Shown: piece by piece, positions 39,653 through 50,121 of the stretch
Position numbering within the stretch: position 1 is the first letter of the stretch
Layout of the letters: each line of letters opens with the position of its first letter
NCBI GenBank assembly: GCA_044376115.1
Contig: JBILLK010000001.1
Coordinates: forward strand, 288,001 to 352,000
Source: Polyangiaceae bacterium
GTDB taxonomy: Bacteria; Myxococcota_A; Polyangia; Polyangiales; Polyangiaceae
Direction: 5' to 3'
DNA: 64,000 nt
The notes under the pieces: model-generated
What the model was told of the DNA's origin: nothing
The model's database searches: none
Seen by the model: only the letters and a program-made list of their open reading frames with translations
Position numbers and translations under genes: made by a program

Positions 39653-40876
39653 ATGGCGCTCCGACTTCCCGTTTACATGGACTATCACGCCACTACCCCG
39701 GCCGATCCGCGCGTGGTGGAAACGATGTTGCCGTACTTCACCGAGAAGTTTGGCAACGCGGCTAGCCGCAACCACGCCTTCGGCTGGACGGCGGAGGAGG
39801 CGGTCAGCATCGCGCGTGAGCAGGTTGCGCGCTTGGTTGGGGCAAAGAACCCGAAGGAGATCGTCTTCACCTCCGGCGCTACCGAGTCGGACAACCTAGC
39901 CATCAAGGGCGTGGCCGAGTTCTACAAGGACAAGGGCAACCACATCATCACGACGACGATCGAGCACAAGGCCGTGCTCGACACCTGCAAGCGGCTCGAG
40001 AAAGAGGGCTTCGAGGTCACCTACCTTCCGGTCGGCAAAGACGGCCTCGTTGACCCGAACGACGTGAAAAACGCCCTCACCGACAAGACGATCCTGGTCT
40101 CGGTGATGTTGGCCAACAACGAGGTCGGCACCGTGCAACCACTCGAGGAGATCGGCGCGCTCACGCGGGCGCGCGGCGTGCTGTTCCACTCGGACGCCGT
40201 GCAAGGGCTGGGCAAGGTCCCGTTCGACGTCGAGCGAATGAACCTGGATCTCGTGTCGATCACCGCCCACAAGATGTACGGCCCGAAAGGCGTTGGAGCG
40301 CTCTACGTGCGACGCAGCAAGCCTCGCGTTCGCATCACAGCGATGCTCGACGGTGGCGGTCATGAGTTCGGAATGCGCTCCGGGACGTTGAACGTGCCGG
40401 CGATCGTTGGCTTCGGGAAGGCCGCGCAGATCCTCGTGGAGGAAGGCGCCGCGGAGAGCGAGCGCATCGCCAAACAGCGAGATCGATTGCTCAATCGGCT
40501 CGAGAGCCAACTCGACGAGCTGAAGATCAACGGCCACCGCGAGAAGCGTCTCCCCGGCAACCTCAACATCAGCTTCGCCTTCGTAGAGGGTGAAGCGCTG
40601 CTGATGGCGATCAAGGACGTTGCTTGCTCCAGCGGCTCCGCCTGCACCAGCGCCAGCCTCGAGCCCTCCTACGTGCTGCACGCGATGGGCATCGGAGATG
40701 ATCTGGCGCATTCATCGATTCGCTTTGGACTTGGGCGCTTCACCACCGATGAGGAGGTCGACTTCGTCGCCGATCTCGTCAGCACCAAGGTGAAGAAGCT
40801 GCGCGACATGTCACCGCTCTACGAGATGCACAAAGAAGGCATCGACCTGCAAACGGTGGAGTGGGCGGCTCACTGA
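39653..40876 (+). CDS. iscS: Cysteine desulfurase IscS
   Basis: [55 protein letters not shown]-terminal EWAAH. Confidence 0.97.
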   Translation: MALRLPVYMDYHATTPADPRVVETMLPYFTEKFGNAASRNHAFGWTAEEAVSIAREQVARLVGAKNPKEIVFTSGATESDNLAIKGVAEFYKDKGNHIITTTIEHKAVLDTCKRLEKEGFEVTYLPVGKDGLVDPNDVKNALTDKTILVSVMLANNEVGTVQPLEEIGALTRARGVLFHSDAVQGLGKVPFDVERMNLDLVSITAHKMYGPKGVGALYVRRSKPRVRITAMLDGGGHEFGMRSGTLNVPAIVGFGKAAQILVEEGAAESERIAKQRDRLLNRLESQLDELKINGHREKRLPGNLNISFAFVEGEALLMAIKDVACSSGSACTSASLEPSYVLHAMGIGDDLAHSSIRFGLGRFTTDEEVDFVADLVSTKVKKLRDMSPLYEMHKEGIDLQTVEWAAH

Positions 40877-40916
40877 GCTTCCACCGCCAAACCTTTCAAA
40901 CGTCGGAGAAAACATC

Positions 40917-41309
40917 ATGGCTTACAGCGAAAAAGTGATCGACCACTACGAGAACCCCCGCAACGTTGGCACGCTCGACAAGGCAGATGACAGCGTTGGA
41001 ACCGGCCTCGTTGGCGCCCCCGCTTGCGGAGACGTCATGCGCCTTCAGATCAAGGTGAACGAGGGCGGCATCATTGAAGAAGCAAAATTCAAGACCTTCG
41101 GCTGCGGCTCCGCCATCGCCTCGTCGTCACTCGCCACCGAGTGGCTCAAAGGCAAGTCGGTGGAAGAGGCCGAGACGATCAAGAACAGCATGATCGCCGA
41201 AGAGCTGAATCTGCCCCCTGTGAAGATCCACTGCTCGGTCTTGGCCGAAGACGCGATCAAGTCGGCGATCGCCGACTATCGAGCCAAGAAGGCCGCTAAG
41301 TCCGCCTGA
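40917..41309 (+). CDS. iscU: Fe-S scaffold IscU
   Basis: YSEKVIDHYENPRNVG, APACGDVM, FKTFGCGSAIASSS, LPPVKIHCS. Confidence 0.98.
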   Translation: MAYSEKVIDHYENPRNVGTLDKADDSVGTGLVGAPACGDVMRLQIKVNEGGIIEEAKFKTFGCGSAIASSSLATEWLKGKSVEEAETIKNSMIAEELNLPPVKIHCSVLAEDAIKSAIADYRAKKAAKSA

Positions 41310-41348
41310 CCCAAAGCGTTCGACCTCCACCCGCGAAACGACAGCGCT

Positions 41349-41768
41349 ATGACCTCACTGACAGAAGCCCAACAAGCCGCGTTCAAGCCCGTACCGAAGT
41401 TTGAGACGGGTATAGCCAAAGACACGCTCGGCGTCTCGCCGAAGGCCGTCGAGGCGATCGAGGCCGCGCTCAAGAAGCGGGGCACTCCAGATGCGGCGCT
41501 GCGCGTCGGCATTCGCGGTGGAGGCTGCTCGGGCTTCTCCTATGTGATGGAGTTCTCGGATGATGCGCCACGCAGTGGCGACCGAGTGCTCGAACACACA
41601 GCAGCGAGCGGTGCCACCGTACGAGTGTTCTGCGACAAGAAGAGCATTCTCTACTTGGGCGGCTCGGTGCTCGACTACGAAAAGACCCTCATGTACCAGG
41701 GCTTCAAGTTCAAGAACCCGCAGGAAGCCTCCAAGTGCGGCTGCGGTCACTCCTTCACGGTCGCCTGA
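41349..41768 (+). CDS. iscA: Fe-S assembly A-type carrier IscA
   Basis: GGGCSGFSY, LDY, F.NP, CGCGHSF. Confidence 0.93.
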   Translation: MTSLTEAQQAAFKPVPKFETGIAKDTLGVSPKAVEAIEAALKKRGTPDAALRVGIRGGGCSGFSYVMEFSDDAPRSGDRVLEHTAASGATVRVFCDKKSILYLGGSVLDYEKTLMYQGFKFKNPQEASKCGCGHSFTVA

Positions 41769-41804
41769 GACTGTCGCTCAGCTAGGGCCCAAGAGGAGCA
41801 CTCC

Positions 41805-42374
41805 ATGGCGCGTTGTCCGTTCGACATCCTCGGTGTCGAGCCTCGTTTCGATCTCGATCTCAAAGCTGTTGCAGAAAACCACCGGGCTCTCGCCAAGACG
41901 CTGCACCCCGACAAGCACGCAGGCACCTCGGCCTCTGAGCGTCGTCTCGCGCTTGGTCACGCCATCGACGTCAATGACGCTGTGCGCGTTCTGAAGGATC
42001 CGATCAAACGGGCAGAAGCGCTGTTTGCACGGTTTGGTTTGGGCACGGGCGAAGTTAGCGAGCCGAAGCCGAGCCCTGCGCTGCTGATGGAGATGATGGA
42101 AGCGCGAGAGGAGCTGGCAGAGGCTGTTCGCAAACGAGACATCGCCCAGGTCCGCTCCCTCAACGCAGGCGTGAATCGCACCAAAGAGGCTGCGCTGAGC
42201 AAGCTCTCGGAGGCCTTTCAAAAAGCCGAGTCCGCGCCAAACAATCGCACCTCGATTCTGATCGCCGCGCTACCCGCGCTCGGCGAGCTTCGCTATGCCA
42301 AGCGCTTTGCGGATGAAGTGGCCGCCTTCGAAGAAGCGCTTGAAGACGACCCCCACCAAGATCGACCCAGCTGA
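41805..42374 (+). CDS. hscB: Co-chaperone HscB
   Basis: J-domain [22 protein letters not shown]; operon position. Confidence 0.93.
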   Translation: MARCPFDILGVEPRFDLDLKAVAENHRALAKTLHPDKHAGTSASERRLALGHAIDVNDAVRVLKDPIKRAEALFARFGLGTGEVSEPKPSPALLMEMMEAREELAEAVRKRDIAQVRSLNAGVNRTKEAALSKLSEAFQKAESAPNNRTSILIAALPALGELRYAKRFADEVAAFEEALEDDPHQDRPS

Positions 42375-44308
42375 TGCTTCTTGAAATATTCGATCCCAAG
42401 GCTGCACCCCGTCCAATTGGCATTGATCTCGGGACGACCAACTCGCTCGTCGCTCGCATGCGTGATGATGCGCCTGCGGTCATCCTGGACTGCAACCAAG
42501 CGTGGCTCGTTCCGTCGGTGGTCCACTACGCCGAGAGCGGCGCAGTCATCGTTGGTGAGGACGCCGAGCGGCTCGCCCTGCTCGACGCCTCGAACACCAT
42601 CGCCAGCGTCAAGCGGCTGATGGGGCGCGGAGGAGACGACGCTGAGACTAAGCGACTTGGCTCGCTCGAGTTTGCAGCCGCCGAAACAGCCGAGGAAAAA
42701 AAGACGGTGCGCATCAAGGTGCGCGACAAAACGGTAACGCCCGTCGAGGTCTCCGCCGAGATCCTCAAGAAGCTGAAGCAGCTTGCGGTGGACGAGCTGC
42801 AGCGAGTGGGAGGGGCTGTCATCACCGTGCCCGCCTACTTCGACGACGCACAACGTCAGGCGACAAAAGACGCGGCAAAGCTCGCAGGGCTCGAGGTCTT
42901 GCGGCTGCTCAACGAGCCTACGGCCGCTGCGCTCGCCTATGGCTTGGAGAAGCGCAAAGACGGTCTTTTCGCTGTTTATGATCTTGGCGGCGGCACGTTC
43001 GACGTCACGGTGCTCAACCTGGATGACGGCCTGTTCGAGGTGAAGTCCACCGGCGGTGATAGCCAGCTCGGCGGGGACGACATGGATCGCCTGCTCGCCT
43101 CCGCCATCCTCGCCGAACACGGCCTTATCGAGGGCGAGCTCAGCTCGGCGGAGAAACGTGCAGCCTTGGTTGCCGCTCGCCAAATCAAACACGCCCTCAC
43201 GGATGCAAGCTCGGTTGAACTGGACCTCGCCGCGTTGGTCAAGAAGCCGGCGACCTTCAGCATCACACGCGAGCGTTTCAACGAGCTGGTGAAGCCGCTG
43301 ATCGAGCGGACGGGCAGCGCCTGTCGCCGCGCTCTTCGCGATGCCGGCGTCAAAGCCAGCGAGATCGACGGCGTGATCTTGGTGGGTGGCTCCACGCGCG
43401 TACCCGCCGTTCGCGCGTACGTATCCGATCTGTTTGGCAAAGAGCCGCTGGCCGACATCGATCCGGAGAAGGTGGTGGCGTTGGGTGCGGCTCTGCAGGC
43501 TCACCAACTCGCTGGTGAAGGCCCGAAAGAGGATCTTCTACTGCTCGACGTTCTACCGCTTTCACTCGGCATCGAGACGATGGGCGGAGTGTGCGAGAAG
43601 GTCCTTCCGCGCAACACCACCATTCCCACAGCCGCGCGCCAGGTGTTCACAACCTACGCCGACAACCAGACCGGCTTCGAGCTGCACATCGTTCAAGGGG
43701 AACGTGAGCTCGCTGCAGACTGTCGCTCGCTCGCTCGCGTCACCATGCGCGGACTTCCTCCGCTGCCGGCGGGCTTGGCGCGCTTGGAGGTAACCTTCAA
43801 AGTCGACGCCGACGGCTTGCTTCAAGTGCACGCCAAAGAGCTGACCACCGGCAAGGAGCAAACGATCGAAGTTCAGCCGAGCTACGGCCTCAGTGAAGAG
43901 GAGATGGAGGGCATGCTGATGGCAGCGCTCGACCACGGCGAGACCGATCTCGAGCAACGTCGCTTGATCGAGGAGCGCGTTGAAGCCGAGCGCGTGATCC
44001 TCGCGACACAGAACGCCCTCAACGTGGACGCGGACTTGCTCAGCGCGGAGGAGCGCAGCGCCATTGCAACGGCGTTGACAGAGCTCGCCGCAGCGCTGAA
44101 GGGCAGCTCTCCCAGCCTGATTCACGCGCGCATCGAGATGCTCGACGGCGTCACCAAAGCGTGGGCCGGCCTGCGCATGGACCGGGCGATCGCGCGGGCG
44201 CTCGGTGGTAAAGGCATCGACGGAGTCGAAGAGACGGTGGCGCAAGCCAAAGGCGTGGATGAACACGTCGCGGCGCACGCTGAGGCACGAGCACGGGGAG
44301 CGATTTGA
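42374..44308 (+). CDS. hscA: Hsp70 chaperone HscA
   Basis: [60 protein letters not shown]. Confidence 0.95.
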   Translation: MLLEIFDPKAAPRPIGIDLGTTNSLVARMRDDAPAVILDCNQAWLVPSVVHYAESGAVIVGEDAERLALLDASNTIASVKRLMGRGGDDAETKRLGSLEFAAAETAEEKKTVRIKVRDKTVTPVEVSAEILKKLKQLAVDELQRVGGAVITVPAYFDDAQRQATKDAAKLAGLEVLRLLNEPTAAALAYGLEKRKDGLFAVYDLGGGTFDVTVLNLDDGLFEVKSTGGDSQLGGDDMDRLLASAILAEHGLIEGELSSAEKRAALVAARQIKHALTDASSVELDLAALVKKPATFSITRERFNELVKPLIERTGSACRRALRDAGVKASEIDGVILVGGSTRVPAVRAYVSDLFGKEPLADIDPEKVVALGAALQAHQLAGEGPKEDLLLLDVLPLSLGIETMGGVCEKVLPRNTTIPTAARQVFTTYADNQTGFELHIVQGERELAADCRSLARVTMRGLPPLPAGLARLEVTFKVDADGLLQVHAKELTTGKEQTIEVQPSYGLSEEEMEGMLMAALDHGETDLEQRRLIEERVEAERVILATQNALNVDADLLSAEERSAIATALTELAAALKGSSPSLIHARIEMLDGVTKAWAGLRMDRAIARALGGKGIDGVEETVAQAKGVDEHVAAHAEARARGAI

Positions 44309-44309
44309 G

Positions 44310-44672
44310 ATGCCGACGGTACGTTGGTTGGCTCACGGTACGAGCTGGGAAACAACGGTTGAACTCGGGGCGGATCTGCGTACCGCGTCGAAGTTGGTGG
44401 AGGCGCCCGAGGGCGACGCCTGCGGTGGCGTTTGCGCCTGTTCGACCTGCCACGTCTATGTGACCAAAGGTCGCGAGCTGCTCAGCCCGGCCGAAGAGGA
44501 GGAAGAGGACATCCTCGATAAGGCGTTCGATGTCCGGTCGAATAGCCGGCTCGGCTGTCAGGCCAAAGTGATGAAAGACGGCCTGGTCGAAGTCGAGGTC
44601 ACGCGCGAGAGCCTCGACGCCTTCTACAACGAGCATCCGCAGGCGATCGATCCGCGCAAGAAGAAGCACTGA
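44310..44672 (+). CDS. fdx: ISC-type 2Fe-2S ferredoxin
   Basis: ACGGVCACSTCHV, SRLGCQ; GGGGAG RBS. Confidence 0.93.
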   Translation: MPTVRWLAHGTSWETTVELGADLRTASKLVEAPEGDACGGVCACSTCHVYVTKGRELLSPAEEEEEDILDKAFDVRSNSRLGCQAKVMKDGLVEVEVTRESLDAFYNEHPQAIDPRKKKH

Positions 44673-44704
44673 CGGGCAGCACTGACCGTCGTTCGCACAC
44701 AAAC

Positions 44705-44735
44705 GCAAGAAGGCTCCTTTCGGAGCCTTCTTTGC
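44705..44735. terminator. Rho-independent terminator ending the isc operon
   Basis: AGAAGGCTCC-tttc-GGAGCCTTCT-ttgc between convergent genes. Confidence 0.8.
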
Positions 44736-44751
44736 TTCGAACCGCTAGGGT

Positions 44752-46020
44752 TCAGTTCGCTGCGAGGTCCACCTTCAACGTGTAGGAACCGCGTTCCACC
44801 AAGTCGGTGCCGTCAACCGCTGCAAGCCAGCCATCAACGAAGACGAAGTAGTCGGTGTTGGGTACGACTGCGAAGGTCACGACTTCGGGCACCTGGAAGG
44901 CATTCTGATCGTCCGAGCAATCTAGCTCGGCACCTGCGCCGCAAGATCCCTGGCGCACGTAAAGGCTGCGGTCCCAGCAGCCAGGGGGATAGGGGAGAGC
45001 CGGCTCAGCATTGATGTCGGGTCCGCAGGACGGCACACCATCGAGACCGAGGCCGACCGTAATGGTCATCGTCCCGGTCACCGTGGAACGCACGCGGTAA
45101 ACGTGATCCGCGGCGTAGGTGTATTCCGGCCCAAAGATCGACGGATCGAGCTGGCAGGAACCGTTGGCGTTGTTGACGGCGCCGAGCGTCGTCGGCAGCG
45201 GTGCGGCGGCGGGAATGAAGATGGTGCCAGGCGAAATCAGCTTGGCTGCGCCGGCTTCAGCGGCGGAGCAATCCTCGAGGGCAGGGTCCGGGTCTTCAAT
45301 CACGCAGCTCGCGTTGCAACCATCACCAGGCTGCGTGTTGCCGTCTTCACACTCTTCACCCGGGTTGCTGACGAAGTCGCCACACGTGGGAACGCCGCAG
45401 TCGATCTCGAGATCGAAGTCGCCGGGCTCACCCTGGACGGCAAGCGTGTAGCTGCCCGCTTCCATGTGGAGCAACAAGCGTTCGCCAGCCGAGGTTGCGT
45501 TAGCGCAGAAGTCTGCATCCGTCTCAGGATCCTCACTGCACACGGAGCGCAGCGAAACCTCGGTATCCGTCATGCTGAGCGTGCGAATATTCAGGCTGCA
45601 AGCCCCGCTCAACGTGAGCTGGTAGGTGAGGTCTCCCCAGGTATCGGGGTTGGTGAAATCTCCGTCGACACAAGAGCTATTGAGCTCGTTGCCAGTCGTC
45701 GCGTCGATGGTGCCAGAGAACTTGGCTACGTCTCCGGGGGCCAGGCTGACTGGCGTTGCAGTGCTGCAGTCCTCATTCAGGGGAGGTGCGCCACCAACGC
45801 CACCAACACCGCCGTCGCCGCCGTTGTTGCCGACGCCGCCATCACCACCGTTGTTGCCAACGCCACCGTCGCCGCCGTTGTTGTTACCAACGCCGCCCTC
45901 ACCCGCGTTGGCGCCGGTGCCGCCACTTCCGCCGGTTCCCGAGTCACCACAGCTGCAGGCTGCGAGCACAGCAAGCGAACCAACCGACGAGACCAACCAC
46001 TGACTCATCCCCATACGCAT
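44752..46020 (-). CDS. Cys-rich lipoprotein with myxobacterial disulfide repeat (DUF4215-like) and PPC-like domains
   Basis: AGGAGG RBS; ACSC-GD lipobox; CGDFVSNPGEECEDGNTQPGDGCNASC; ELDCSDD; YFVFVDG; GSYTL. Confidence 0.78.
   Translation of the reverse strand: MRMGMSQWLVSSVGSLAVLAACSCGDSGTGGSGGTGANAGEGGVGNNNGGDGGVGNNGGDGGVGNNGGDGGVGGVGGAPPLNEDCSTATPVSLAPGDVAKFSGTIDATTGNELNSSCVDGDFTNPDTWGDLTYQLTLSGACSLNIRTLSMTDTEVSLRSVCSEDPETDADFCANATSAGERLLLHMEAGSYTLAVQGEPGDFDLEIDCGVPTCGDFVSNPGEECEDGNTQPGDGCNASCVIEDPDPALEDCSAAEAGAAKLISPGTIFIPAAAPLPTTLGAVNNANGSCQLDPSIFGPEYTYAADHVYRVRSTVTGTMTITVGLGLDGVPSCGPDINAEPALPYPPGCWDRSLYVRQGSCGAGAELDCSDDQNAFQVPEVVTFAVVPNTDYFVFVDGWLAAVDGTDLVERGSYTLKVDLAAN
45801..45897 (-). 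repeat. Intragenic degenerate 27-bp tandem repeat encoding (NNGGDGGVG) x3
   Basis: The protein reads GGVGNNNGGDGGVGNNGGDGGVGNNGGDGGVGGVG. Confidence 0.75.
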
Positions 46021-46117
46021 ACGCAAGCCTCCTAAAAGCGGGTTCGGTGAACAACGACCTGCAGACATTCACGACTGCGGCCGAGGTAAGGAAGAAACGA
46101 ACATAGCAGGTGGTTGC

Positions 46118-47779
46118 TCACAGATCCCGTTCCTCGTGACGCTCCACTTGGACGCACTGAAAAGTCTCGGGAACCACCGAATGGTGGTGTGCAACAATGA
46201 CCACCATCTTCTGGCTGGCCTTCCGCCCCAGGAGTTCATGCAAGCGCTTTCGAGAGGCTTCATCAAGGCCGGCCTCTGGCTCGTCCAACAGCAGGAGTCG
46301 AGCGTCCGACGCTAGGGCGCGCGCAAGCAACACGCGACGTTGTTCACCGCCGGACAGTTCTCCCATCGGTAGGTCGAGAGGATCGCAGCCCTTTCGTTTG
46401 GCCCGGCGACGCAGAACGTCTCCCAGGCCCAGCTCCTCGAGCGCGACCATCGCACCCCCCGACTGCAGTTCGGCGGTATCGAACAGGCTCATGTGCCAAC
46501 GCAAGCTCTCATCGGGCACGACGTGCGCGCGTTGAGGAAGGACGCAGCTTTGTCTGCGCACGTTGGCCCATTGCGCCTCAGACAAGGGTTCACCGTTGAC
46601 CAGAATCCCCGGTGCTTCCACGAGCCCGAGCAACGCCATCAAGGTCGTGGTTTTGCCGTTGCCGTTCGGGCCCAAGAGCGCAACTCCACCCGGACATCGC
46701 AGCTCGAAGCTGAGTTCATTTGGCGTCGCAGCGGTCGCACCGAGATGCTTGAAGGAGAACCCTCGCGCCTCCAGCCGCTCCACTGGTGGGCCCGCGATCT
46801 CGCTGGAAGCAACGCCGTGGCTTTGGGTGAGCGGGGCGAAATAGCCGACGCTGCGCCCAAGAAAGGCGCCAACCATCTCGCGACCGCCAACCCCACGCGC
46901 GAGCGCCTCCAGCGACGTCACCAAAGCGAGCGTCGCCGATACGCCGGCGGCGGCGAGTACGCTCGCCTCCCCGAGTTTGTCGCGAACGATCGTCTCAACC
47001 CATGCTCGCGGAAGCAGCGCGACGCCGAGCGCAACCGCGGCTGGGATCAGCGCGGCGGTGATCCCGAGCCAGTGCGCCTGCCGCTCGAAGAAGGCCAGCT
47101 TGCGTACCAGCCCTCGGAAGTTCGCGTCCACACGCTCTTCGAGCCCTCCCCCGCGAATCTCGAACGATCCGAACATCAGCGCATCCAACAGCCGCATGCC
47201 TCGAAAGTGCGTCTGCCAAGCGTTGTCGCGAGCTTGTCTTCCGCGAACGCGCAGCGGTCTCAGGAGGAGCAACATCAACACTGCGGCTCCCCCTCCCAGC
47301 AGGAGGTACTGCGCACCCAAGCGAAGCGTTACGACGCCGAGAACCACACTCAGAGTAAGCAGAGAAGCAGCCGCATCGGGGAAGGCGGTGGATTGCGTCA
47401 TCGCCACGTCAAACGCCGCGTCTGAAAGCGTACCTGTGGCCTGCTTCGGACGGTTCGCGAGCAGGGTGGGGATGTCTTTCTTCCGTAGTTCCTCGGAGAT
47501 CGCGAAGAACACGTCTTCGATTCGGCGACGGAAGAGTTCGCCTTTGGCGAGAGTGCGCAAGGCTGAAGCGATCGTTGCTGCACCAGAGGCGATGGCAGCC
47601 ACTTGCAGCGGGTTCTCGGGCGCCGTGAACAGCACAAAGAGCGTCCCCAAAAGGGTCACCTTCGAGAGCGCCTCCAGCGCAATAACGAAGACTGTCCACG
47701 CCCTCACCGGCACACGTTCGCCTAGTTCCCTGCCGGGAGGAAGGGCGTTGCGCCCGTCAAACTCTCGTGGGAGCGTCAT
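46118..47779 (-). CDS. ABC exporter, fused TMD + NBD (candidate lasso-peptide exporter, D)
   Basis: About 6 TM helices; Walker A GPNGNGKTT, LPQ, signature LSGGEQRR, LLLDEPE, VAHH; adjacent to the B2 gene. Confidence 0.8.
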   Translation of the reverse strand: MTLPREFDGRNALPPGRELGERVPVRAWTVFVIALEALSKVTLLGTLFVLFTAPENPLQVAAIASGAATIASALRTLAKGELFRRRIEDVFFAISEELRKKDIPTLLANRPKQATGTLSDAAFDVAMTQSTAFPDAAASLLTLSVVLGVVTLRLGAQYLLLGGGAAVLMLLLLRPLRVRGRQARDNAWQTHFRGMRLLDALMFGSFEIRGGGLEERVDANFRGLVRKLAFFERQAHWLGITAALIPAAVALGVALLPRAWVETIVRDKLGEASVLAAAGVSATLALVTSLEALARGVGGREMVGAFLGRSVGYFAPLTQSHGVASSEIAGPPVERLEARGFSFKHLGATAATPNELSFELRCPGGVALLGPNGNGKTTTLMALLGLVEAPGILVNGEPLSEAQWANVRRQSCVLPQRAHVVPDESLRWHMSLFDTAELQSGGAMVALEELGLGDVLRRRAKRKGCDPLDLPMGELSGGEQRRVLLARALASDARLLLLDEPEAGLDEASRKRLHELLGRKASQKMVVIVAHHHSVVPETFQCVQVERHEERDL

Positions 47780-47782
47780 TGA

Positions 47783-48223
47783 ATGAGAGCCGGCACCGTG
47801 CATACGTGGCTGCGCCTGGCTAAAGCTGAGCGGACTTTCGGAGCAATGGCCTTCGCCCTCGCAACACCGGTTGGGCTTGGGCTTCGGCTCGTTGGCTTTG
47901 CTCGTATGAACGCCCTGGTGGCACGGCTACCGCTAGTCGCGCCTCCTACCTGTGGCGGCGTTACCCCCGAGCGCGGGGAGGTGCTGGTTGCGCGCGCCTT
48001 TGCGCACGCTCCTGCAACGCCGGGCTGCCTGCCCCAAGCACTGGTGCAGACTGCGGTGCACCGCTTGCTCGGGCGCGACGTGTCGCTGGTTATTGGTGTG
48101 CGCCGCGGCGGAAGCCATGCAGCAGGTGGCCCCGTAGACTTCGAAGCGCACGCCTGGGTTGATGATCGCACGGGAGTACGTGCAGATCCGACCCATCAAG
48201 AGATCTATCGGAGTTCGCTTTGA
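47783..48223 (+). CDS. Lasso peptide leader peptidase B2 (transglutaminase-like)
   Basis: GCLPQAL (catalytic Cys), LVIGVR, FEAHAWV-D (His); 146 aa; TTGA overlap with the cyclase. Start uncertain. Confidence 0.88.
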   Translation: MRAGTVHTWLRLAKAERTFGAMAFALATPVGLGLRLVGFARMNALVARLPLVAPPTCGGVTPERGEVLVARAFAHAPATPGCLPQALVQTAVHRLLGRDVSLVIGVRRGGSHAAGGPVDFEAHAWVDDRTGVRADPTHQEIYRSSL

Positions 48224-50061
48224 ACCACATCGTGGCCTTATTCGACCAACAGCAGTTGGACCCGCGCGCAGCGCAGGCGCTCGGCACGCGCCGCGGCCCC
48301 GCTTGGGATCGAGTGGATCGCTTCACCGACGGCATCGCTGACATCGTCGTTGGGAGCTACGCTGCTTGCTCGAGCGAGCTTGGGCGTTCGGGCCTGGTGG
48401 TTGATACCGAGTCGCCCCTCGTGTTCGCATTTGATGGCTTCCTGGGCGCGCGCGAGGAGCTGGAGCGATGGCTCGGACCGCTCGGCTCATCGAGCCAAGC
48501 CGAAATCGCTTTGCGCGCCTTCAAGCGATTTGGTGAAGCGGCCGCGCAGATGTTGACGGGCGACTTCGCCTTTGTTGCCTACGACCGTGAGACGCGAACG
48601 GTGGTGGCCGCCGTTGATCCGTTCGCGACTCGTCCTCTCCATCGCGGTCAATACGCCACGAGCTTCTGTTTCGCGAGCAGCCAACGTGCGGTTCGCTGTG
48701 CGCTCGCGCAGCCGTTGCAAGCCGACGCTGACAGCCTCGCCGCGATGCTCTTTTACGAGCTCGTCACCCGGGAGCGGAGCCTTTACGAGGGGGTGCAAAC
48801 GCTGAGTCCCGGCTCATCAGTTGCGCTGAATGGCTCCACAATCCGAACCAGCAACTACTTCCAGTTCGAACTTTGTGAGGTGCGAACTCTGCCGGAACGG
48901 ACACACCTTGAGCGAGTGGCGCGCTCGCTCGATGAGGCCACGCGAGACCGTCTACGAGATGTTGAACGGGTGGGCATCCTCGCCTCCGGGGGGCTTGATT
49001 CGACCGTGATTGCAGCGCTGGTTGCTCGCGAGTGCCGGCGGCGAGGCAGTCCACCGCCAGTGCTCTTTCACTTTCGTGCCCGTGGCTTCGAGGCCGACGA
49101 GTTTCCTTTCGCAAAGCAGCTCGCCGAGCACCTCGATCTCGAGCTGCTGAGCTTTGAACGGGATCAGCCCTACCTGCCCGGCAACGCCCTCCACGACTTC
49201 TCACAGCCCGCGAGCGCTGCACACCAAGCGATGTTTCAAGCCGCCTTGCGACAAGGCATTCGCGTGCTTTTCACCGGCCAAGGGAGTGACGAGCTGCAGT
49301 GGCGCAACGGACGAGAGGTGGATGGCGCGCTAGCTGAGGGTCGGTGGACGGAGGCCGTACGATTCGTTGGCCTCAATAAGCAGCCGTTCAAGTTCGCTGC
49401 CTATCGACGCCTCGCGGGGGGCCTCAAGCGAGCGCTGACTTCGAGAGCACGACTTCGGGACAAGGCTCGCCGTAGTTTCGCCGCTCGCCTCCCTGACTGG
49501 CTTACTCCGCGGGGCAAAGCGGCGGTCCTTGCAGCCCACGACGACTGGGCAACAGCGGAGGCTGCTCTGCAGCATCCAAACGCGGCCCGCCGCACGCTAT
49601 GCGCGGAATTGGTCTGGTCCACCGGCATGACCTTTGGACATCAGAGCGAGTTCTCCTTCGCCTCGGAGAACGGCATCGAGCTTCGGCACCCGTTTATGGA
49701 CGCGCGGGTTTCCGCTGCATATCTGCAGGTTCCGTCAGCCCTGATGGTTGCACCGGAGGTCATCAAACCCTTCACCCGTCGCATCGCCGCACAACTTGTG
49801 CCGCATGGGTTGGCCTACAGACCACCCCCGTCGGACTATGGAAGTATGATCAGCTCGGCGTTGGACAAGGCCGATGTTTGGATTCGTGCCCTTGAACAGA
49901 ACGGGCGTCTGTTCGAGACCGGCATCGTCGATCGCGAAAAGCTGCTCGCGGCCCTTGCAGCCAAGCCCCCTGAGTCTTTCAGCTTTCCAGAGCTGGCTTG
50001 TCTGCAGGCCGAAGACTGGCTGAACGGATTATCCTCAAGCAGCTCCGCCCTCTTTTTGTGA
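48220..50061 (+). CDS. Lasso peptide cyclase (asparagine-synthetase-like, C)
   Basis: GDFAFVAYD, DPFATRPL, SGGLDS, TGQGSDE, ELRHPFMD. It lacks the N-terminal Cys of the AsnB glutaminase domain and is flanked by B2 and the precursor. Confidence 0.85.
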   Translation: MNHIVALFDQQQLDPRAAQALGTRRGPAWDRVDRFTDGIADIVVGSYAACSSELGRSGLVVDTESPLVFAFDGFLGAREELERWLGPLGSSSQAEIALRAFKRFGEAAAQMLTGDFAFVAYDRETRTVVAAVDPFATRPLHRGQYATSFCFASSQRAVRCALAQPLQADADSLAAMLFYELVTRERSLYEGVQTLSPGSSVALNGSTIRTSNYFQFELCEVRTLPERTHLERVARSLDEATRDRLRDVERVGILASGGLDSTVIAALVARECRRRGSPPPVLFHFRARGFEADEFPFAKQLAEHLDLELLSFERDQPYLPGNALHDFSQPASAAHQAMFQAALRQGIRVLFTGQGSDELQWRNGREVDGALAEGRWTEAVRFVGLNKQPFKFAAYRRLAGGLKRALTSRARLRDKARRSFAARLPDWLTPRGKAAVLAAHDDWATAEAALQHPNAARRTLCAELVWSTGMTFGHQSEFSFASENGIELRHPFMDARVSAAYLQVPSALMVAPEVIKPFTRRIAAQLVPHGLAYRPPPSDYGSMISSALDKADVWIRALEQNGRLFETGIVDREKLLAALAAKPPESFSFPELACLQAEDWLNGLSSSSSALFL

Positions 50062-50121
50062 ATGGGGCAAGGCCCGCTTACAACTCATGGTAAGCTGCAA
50101 GCCTTTCCGAGGAACCCGAGC

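Noticed and set aside
48220..50061. Housekeeping asparagine synthetase AsnB
   Set aside because: No N-terminal catalytic Cys, and it is coupled to B2 and a lasso-leader peptide; lasso cyclase fits better.
50062..50121. Longer 78-aa precursor start given by the ORF track
   Set aside because: ATG 50122 has a GAGGA RBS and gives a typical precursor length; ATG 50062 has no RBS (kept only in the shared-frame finding).
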